DNA from: Candidatus Levybacteria bacterium RIFCSPHIGHO2_01_FULL_36_15b
GTDB lineage: Bacteria > Patescibacteriota > Microgenomatia > Levybacterales > UBA12049
Reading direction: 5' to 3'
DNA length: 48,228 nucleotides
NCBI GenBank assembly: GCA_001782045.1
Contig: MFNK01000002.1
Location: forward strand, 1-48,228
The position numbers and the translations under genes are program-made. This document shows, piece after piece, positions 44,550 to 48,228 of this stretch (the first letter of the stretch is position 1; each line of letters opens with the position of its first letter). Below the pieces are notes generated by a model. It was not told the DNA's origin. It saw only the letters and a list, made by a program, of their open reading frames with translations, and searched no databases.

Positions 44550-45323
44550 GTGGATTTAATAGATGTAATAATTTTCTCTGTGGTAGAAGGTATTACTGAG
44601 TTTTTGCCAATCTCCTCAACTGGACATCTTATTCTTACTTCGAAAATTTTATTAATCCCCCAAAGTACTTTTGTAAAGGACTTTGAAATTATCATTCAGC
44701 TTGGCGCCATATTGTCAATTATTTACCTCTATTTCGACAAATTAATAAAAAATAAAGAAGTTTGGAAAAAAATTTTAACTGCATTTATTCCGACAGCTCT
44801 TGTTGGATTTATTTTGTTTAAATTTATTAAAGATTTTTTACTCGGAAACTTATATTTAACTTTAACCTCTCTTTTACTTGGAGGAGTTTTACTCATTATT
44901 TTGGAAATAATTTATAAGGAAAAAGACAACCACGTTGAGGAAATAGAAAAAATTTCGTATTCTAAGGCTTTTATTATTGGGCTTTTTCAATCGCTTGCGA
45001 TAGTTCCTGGAGTTTCAAGAAGCGCCGCAACAATTATTCCTGCGCTGTTTTTAGGTACTAAAAGAAAAACCGCTGCAGAATTTTCTTTTTTATTAGCTAT
45101 CCCAACAATGCTGGCAGCAACCGGACTGGATTTGATAAAAAGCGAATTTACCTTTTCTATTAACGAATGGGTTATACTTGCTGTTGGCTTTATAGGAAAT
45201 TTTATCACAGCTTTACTTGTAGTTAAATGGTTTCTTGTTTATATCCAAAATCATAGTTTTATTGCGTTCGGAATCTATAGAATTTTAGTTGCCCTGATTT
45301 TTTGGTATATATTAATAAAATGA
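44550..45323 (+). CDS. uppP: Undecaprenyl-diphosphatase
   Basis: VEGITEFLPISSTGH, IQLGAIL, PGVSRS, AAEFSF.LAIP. Confidence 0.96.
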   Translation: MDLIDVIIFSVVEGITEFLPISSTGHLILTSKILLIPQSTFVKDFEIIIQLGAILSIIYLYFDKLIKNKEVWKKILTAFIPTALVGFILFKFIKDFLLGNLYLTLTSLLLGGVLLIILEIIYKEKDNHVEEIEKISYSKAFIIGLFQSLAIVPGVSRSAATIIPALFLGTKRKTAAEFSFLLAIPTMLAATGLDLIKSEFTFSINEWVILAVGFIGNFITALLVVKWFLVYIQNHSFIAFGIYRILVALIFWYILIK

Positions 45324-45390
45324 CCCGTTCGATACTTCGACTGAGCTCAATCGAATGTCCAGGCTCAGGGTCATAGTGAGTAAAATCGAA
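45321..45390. repeat. Nested palindromic (REP-like) element
   Basis: TGACCC..GGGTCA arms. Inner TTCGA-c-TGAGCTCA-a-TCGAA hairpin. Outer TTCGA...GCTCA/TGAGT...TCGAA. Confidence 0.65.
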
Positions 45391-45393
45391 TCT

Positions 45394-45690
45394 ATGAATA
45401 TTTTTGGCAGCGTTTACGAACTTGTAGCCAAGGTTCCAAAAGGAAAAGTGACAACTTATGGGGCTCTTTCTAAAATTGTTGGAGTAGATCCAAGAGTTAT
45501 CGGTTATGCACTACATTCAAATAAAGACCCAGAAAATATTCCGTGTCACAGAGTAATAAAATCTGATGGAAAAGTGGCAGTAGGTTTCGCCTTTGGCGGT
45601 CCGCAAGTTCAGCAGAAGATGTTGGAAAAGGAAGGAATTAATTTTATAAAAGGAAAAGTAGATTTAAAAAGATTTGGATTTTTTCTTTAA
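45394..45690 (+). CDS. MGMT/ATL family alkylated-DNA repair protein (DNA-binding domain only)
   Basis: VPKGKVTTYG, PRVIG, IPCHRV, LEKEGI. Start moved to ATG 45394, past the palindrome. Confidence 0.88.
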   Translation: MNIFGSVYELVAKVPKGKVTTYGALSKIVGVDPRVIGYALHSNKDPENIPCHRVIKSDGKVAVGFAFGGPQVQQKMLEKEGINFIKGKVDLKRFGFFL

Positions 45691-46014
45691 CTTTTTAGCC
45701 TCTTGAATATCTTCCAATAATTCTTTTTTTACTCTTTTAATAGTGTTTTCAATTTTTCTATTGGCATTTTTAATTTTTTGATTTAAATGCTGCCATAATT
45801 TTTTGTGATTGCCTTCAGATAAATGTTTTAAAAATATTTTTTTGTCTTCCGGGCTTAGCTCATCAAGAACAGCAGAAACCACACTCGCATGAATATTAAC
45901 CTCAAAAAGAGAAAGTAAGTTTACTCTTTCCTGTTTTTGAATGTCCAGCTCTGCTATTTCCAAAGTTATATCTGTTGACTGAATTAGATGTGAATAAAAA
46001 TGTTTATGTTTCAT
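45664..46014 (-). CDS. Hypothetical protein
   Basis: 116-aa helical ORF overlapping the upstream gene by 4 nt. Confidence 0.65.
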   Translation of the reverse strand: MKHKHFYSHLIQSTDITLEIAELDIQKQERVNLLSLFEVNIHASVVSAVLDELSPEDKKIFLKHLSEGNHKKLWQHLNQKIKNANRKIENTIKRVKKELLEDIQEAKKLKKKSKSF

Positions 46015-46880
46015 AGGCTTATTGGCCCTAGTTTAAGTTTATTTTCAGGATCATCAATAAAAAAATATAAAACAGGACCTTTTTGGGATCCGTCGTACCT
46101 TTCTAAATAGCTCATTACTTCCGGTGATCCACCTAGGTGTTTTCCTGTCCATTCTGCCGGACCTGCATCAGCAACATCAACAATCATTGCTTTACCATTT
46201 TCCGGATTTACAACCAACATTTTCCTGTATTTAAAAAACTCTACATATCTTGATCTATTTTCATTAAAACCTGGAGCAAGAAATGTTTGTACGGCGATGT
46301 AGTATTTTTCCCTATCACTGTCTTCTTTTGTCATTGTTTCCTTAGAGTCTGCAAAATATCTCCAAGCCGAAAGTCCCGGAGCCATTCCATATTTTAGATA
46401 TCTTTGTTGATCTTCCGGTGTATCAAAATGGGAATAAATATTATCTCCGGGAAATCTTGCTAAATGCTGTTCTTGTCCTATAAAACCATATTGCGTATTT
46501 AATCTTATTCCAGACATTTCTGCCTTTACGCTCATTCCAAAGGTTCTATCTAAAACTTCCATAACTTTTTGCTCTTCCTCTAAATTAAGAGGTCGAACTT
46601 CAGAAGGCAAAACATTTTTTAAATCATAAATCAAAAAAACCTTTTTATCAAAGGGCACAGTTTGCGCAGCTGCTTCAAAGGTATGAGGAATTTCAGAGAG
46701 TATTGGCGAGGTTAGAAGATAAAGCCCTGCAGCTGATCCTACAATTAGCTGTTTTGAATTACTTTCAAGCCAGTCAAATGCATCTTTGTGTTTAGTAAAT
46801 AATTCTTTCTGAAGATCCTCATGTTTTTTTGTCCAAAGTTTTTTAAGATGAACGTAGGACCTGCTACTTTTATTGGGCAT
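46011..46880 (-). CDS. Hypothetical protein with a C-terminal RlpA-like double-psi beta-barrel motif
   Basis: LVVNPENGKAMIVDVADAGP..WTGKHLGGSPEV resembles RlpA N..NG..V.V.V.D.GP...R..DLS. Confidence 0.5.
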   Translation of the reverse strand: MPNKSSRSYVHLKKLWTKKHEDLQKELFTKHKDAFDWLESNSKQLIVGSAAGLYLLTSPILSEIPHTFEAAAQTVPFDKKVFLIYDLKNVLPSEVRPLNLEEEQKVMEVLDRTFGMSVKAEMSGIRLNTQYGFIGQEQHLARFPGDNIYSHFDTPEDQQRYLKYGMAPGLSAWRYFADSKETMTKEDSDREKYYIAVQTFLAPGFNENRSRYVEFFKYRKMLVVNPENGKAMIVDVADAGPAEWTGKHLGGSPEVMSYLERYDGSQKGPVLYFFIDDPENKLKLGPISL

Positions 46881-46901
46881 ACTTAAAGTTTATCAAATTA
46901 G

Positions 46902-48228
46902 CTATCCAAAAGTGAAAGCATAAAGCTCTGCATTGCCGTCTAAAAATTCTAAACGAAGAATGTGTCTTCCTGCTTCCTTTAAATTGATTAATGGATATAA
47001 TTTGTCTGCATCTGCAATAACGGTTTTTATAAACTTGCCATCCAGATAAACATTTACCGCCACAGTTGTATTTTCCTTGGGTCGCATAACTAAAAATACG
47101 TCTTTCGCTTCAAAGCTTAGAAAAAGACTAGCTCCTTTTACTGGAGCTGCATACTCACTTGTTATCGTCCACATGCCGTTAAACGCTACGGAATTATCAG
47201 GGATCATTTCAGGGGCCTTATATTCACTAAGATTATCTTGGGCGATTGAATCTAAAGATGAAAAATTAGAAATTCTTTTATATCCTAAGTAGGTTTCTGG
47301 AGTATTAGAATCAATTTTATAACTCAAATTTTTAATAGGTAAGCTTGCGCTTGTTCCGGTTTCTGAAAGCAATTTCTGTATCACTCTTTCGCTTTCATCG
47401 TAAGCCCCCTCCCCGAAATGAGCGAAACGGATAAACCCATCTTTATCTATAAAATACTTGGCAGGCCAGTATTGATTTTCATAAGATTGCCATGTTGCAA
47501 AATTATTATCCTGGACAACAGGATACTTAATGCCGAAGTTCTTTATTGCGTCTGCTACATTTTTTGATTCTTTCTCAAACTCAAACTCGGGAGAATGCAC
47601 TCCAATTATTACTAGGCCCTTATCCTTATATTTCGTATACCAGTTTTTAAGATATGGGAAGGTACGCTGGCAGTTAATGCACGAATATGTCCAGAAATCT
47701 ATTAGAACTACCTTTCCTTTTAGCTCTGATACCTTAAGTGGCTTGCTGTTAAACCATTCCCCACCCTGAATTATTTCCGGGGCTTGTGGTCCTTTTTGCA
47801 CGACGTCGGACATGGGTTTTCCCATATCTTCCTTTTTAATCTCCGGGGCATTAAGCTTACTTAGCTCGTTGTGTACAAAATTGTTGTTCTCTATCTTAGT
47901 TAAACCGACACCATAATTTGGAAATTTGTTTATAATAAATGACTGGAATTTTCTATCAAAATTAAAAAATATGGCAAATGCAGTTAACACCATTACTATT
48001 CCAAATATTTTTTGGACGTTTGCCGAATTGCTAAGCAACCAAGGAACTTTTTTCAAAACATTTTGCCCACCAAGCATTATTAAAAACATAGGAATTGCAG
48101 TACCCAAAGAAAAAGCAAAGGTAATAAAAAATGCATTTAAAGTAACACTCCCGGCAATCGCTAAAGAGATAACTGATGCAAGAATTGGTCCGACACAAGG
48201 GGACCAAAGAAGTCCCAAAGATAAACCA
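46902..48228 (-). CDS. dipZ: DipZ-like protein (CcdA-type TM domain plus TlpA redoxin plus C-terminal beta domain); 5' end off the window
   Basis: WSPCVGPILA, GKVVLIDFWTYSCINC, GVHSPEF.FE, YWPA.Y, TPETYLG. Confidence 0.85.
   Translation of the reverse strand, partial: GLSLGLLWSPCVGPILASVISLAIAGSVTLNAFFITFAFSLGTAIPMFLIMLGGQNVLKKVPWLLSNSANVQKIFGIVMVLTAFAIFFNFDRKFQSFIINKFPNYGVGLTKIENNNFVHNELSKLNAPEIKKEDMGKPMSDVVQKGPQAPEIIQGGEWFNSKPLKVSELKGKVVLIDFWTYSCINCQRTFPYLKNWYTKYKDKGLVIIGVHSPEFEFEKESKNVADAIKNFGIKYPVVQDNNFATWQSYENQYWPAKYFIDKDGFIRFAHFGEGAYDESERVIQKLLSETGTSASLPIKNLSYKIDSNTPETYLGYKRISNFSSLDSIAQDNLSEYKAPEMIPDNSVAFNGMWTITSEYAAPVKGASLFLSFEAKDVFLVMRPKENTTVAVNVYLDGKFIKTVIADADKLYPLINLKEAGRHILRLEFLDGNAELYAFTFG

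Noticed and set aside
636-47769. Many 60-184 aa ORFs antisense to or nested in confident genes (e.g. 636-854, 10291-10701, 12432-12986, 28228-28584, 42176-42577, 43201-43551)
   Set aside because: Shadow frames of well-supported genes, with no motifs or translation signals.
1-48228. Second DGR target or CRISPR array
   Set aside because: No other ORF ends in a WASPLxV-like VR, and I saw no regularly spaced direct repeats by eye. Remote targets outside the window cannot be excluded.

Overview
AT-rich, gene-dense chromosomal window that looks like a Patescibacteria/CPR (Microgenomates-like) genome. That placement is inferred from the gene repertoire, the minimal spacers and the near absence of Shine-Dalgarno sites. 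It carries housekeeping genes (gltX, archaeal-type aspS, recJ, cca, yqeY, secDF, tsaC-tsaB/tsaE, ftsEX, prfB, uppP), a cell-surface glycan locus (about 21.2-32.6 kb), and a small regulator/ABC-importer/methyltransferase block. The main result is a complete diversity-generating retroelement (DGR) at 39274-41851: reverse transcriptase, Avd, template repeat (TR, 40764-40880) and variable repeat (VR, 41190-41306). By hand alignment, all 14 TR/VR mismatches fall on template adenines. Its layout is odd. avd is antisense to RT, TR and the target, and its ATG abuts the RT ATG with zero spacer (CAT|ATG at 40309-40314). A (CA)11 microsatellite and a GC-rich hairpin sit in the avd 5' end, which could act as a slippage switch. 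Other notable items: a tRNA-like 5' fragment split by a perfect 18-bp palindrome and running into a GIY-YIG nuclease start at the left edge; a circularly permuted M23 peptidase after ftsEX; a TsaC-TsaB fusion; a shared ATTGAC-N6-GTCAAT motif; and repeated leaderless-type promoters. All calls come from motif recognition by eye. No database searches were run.
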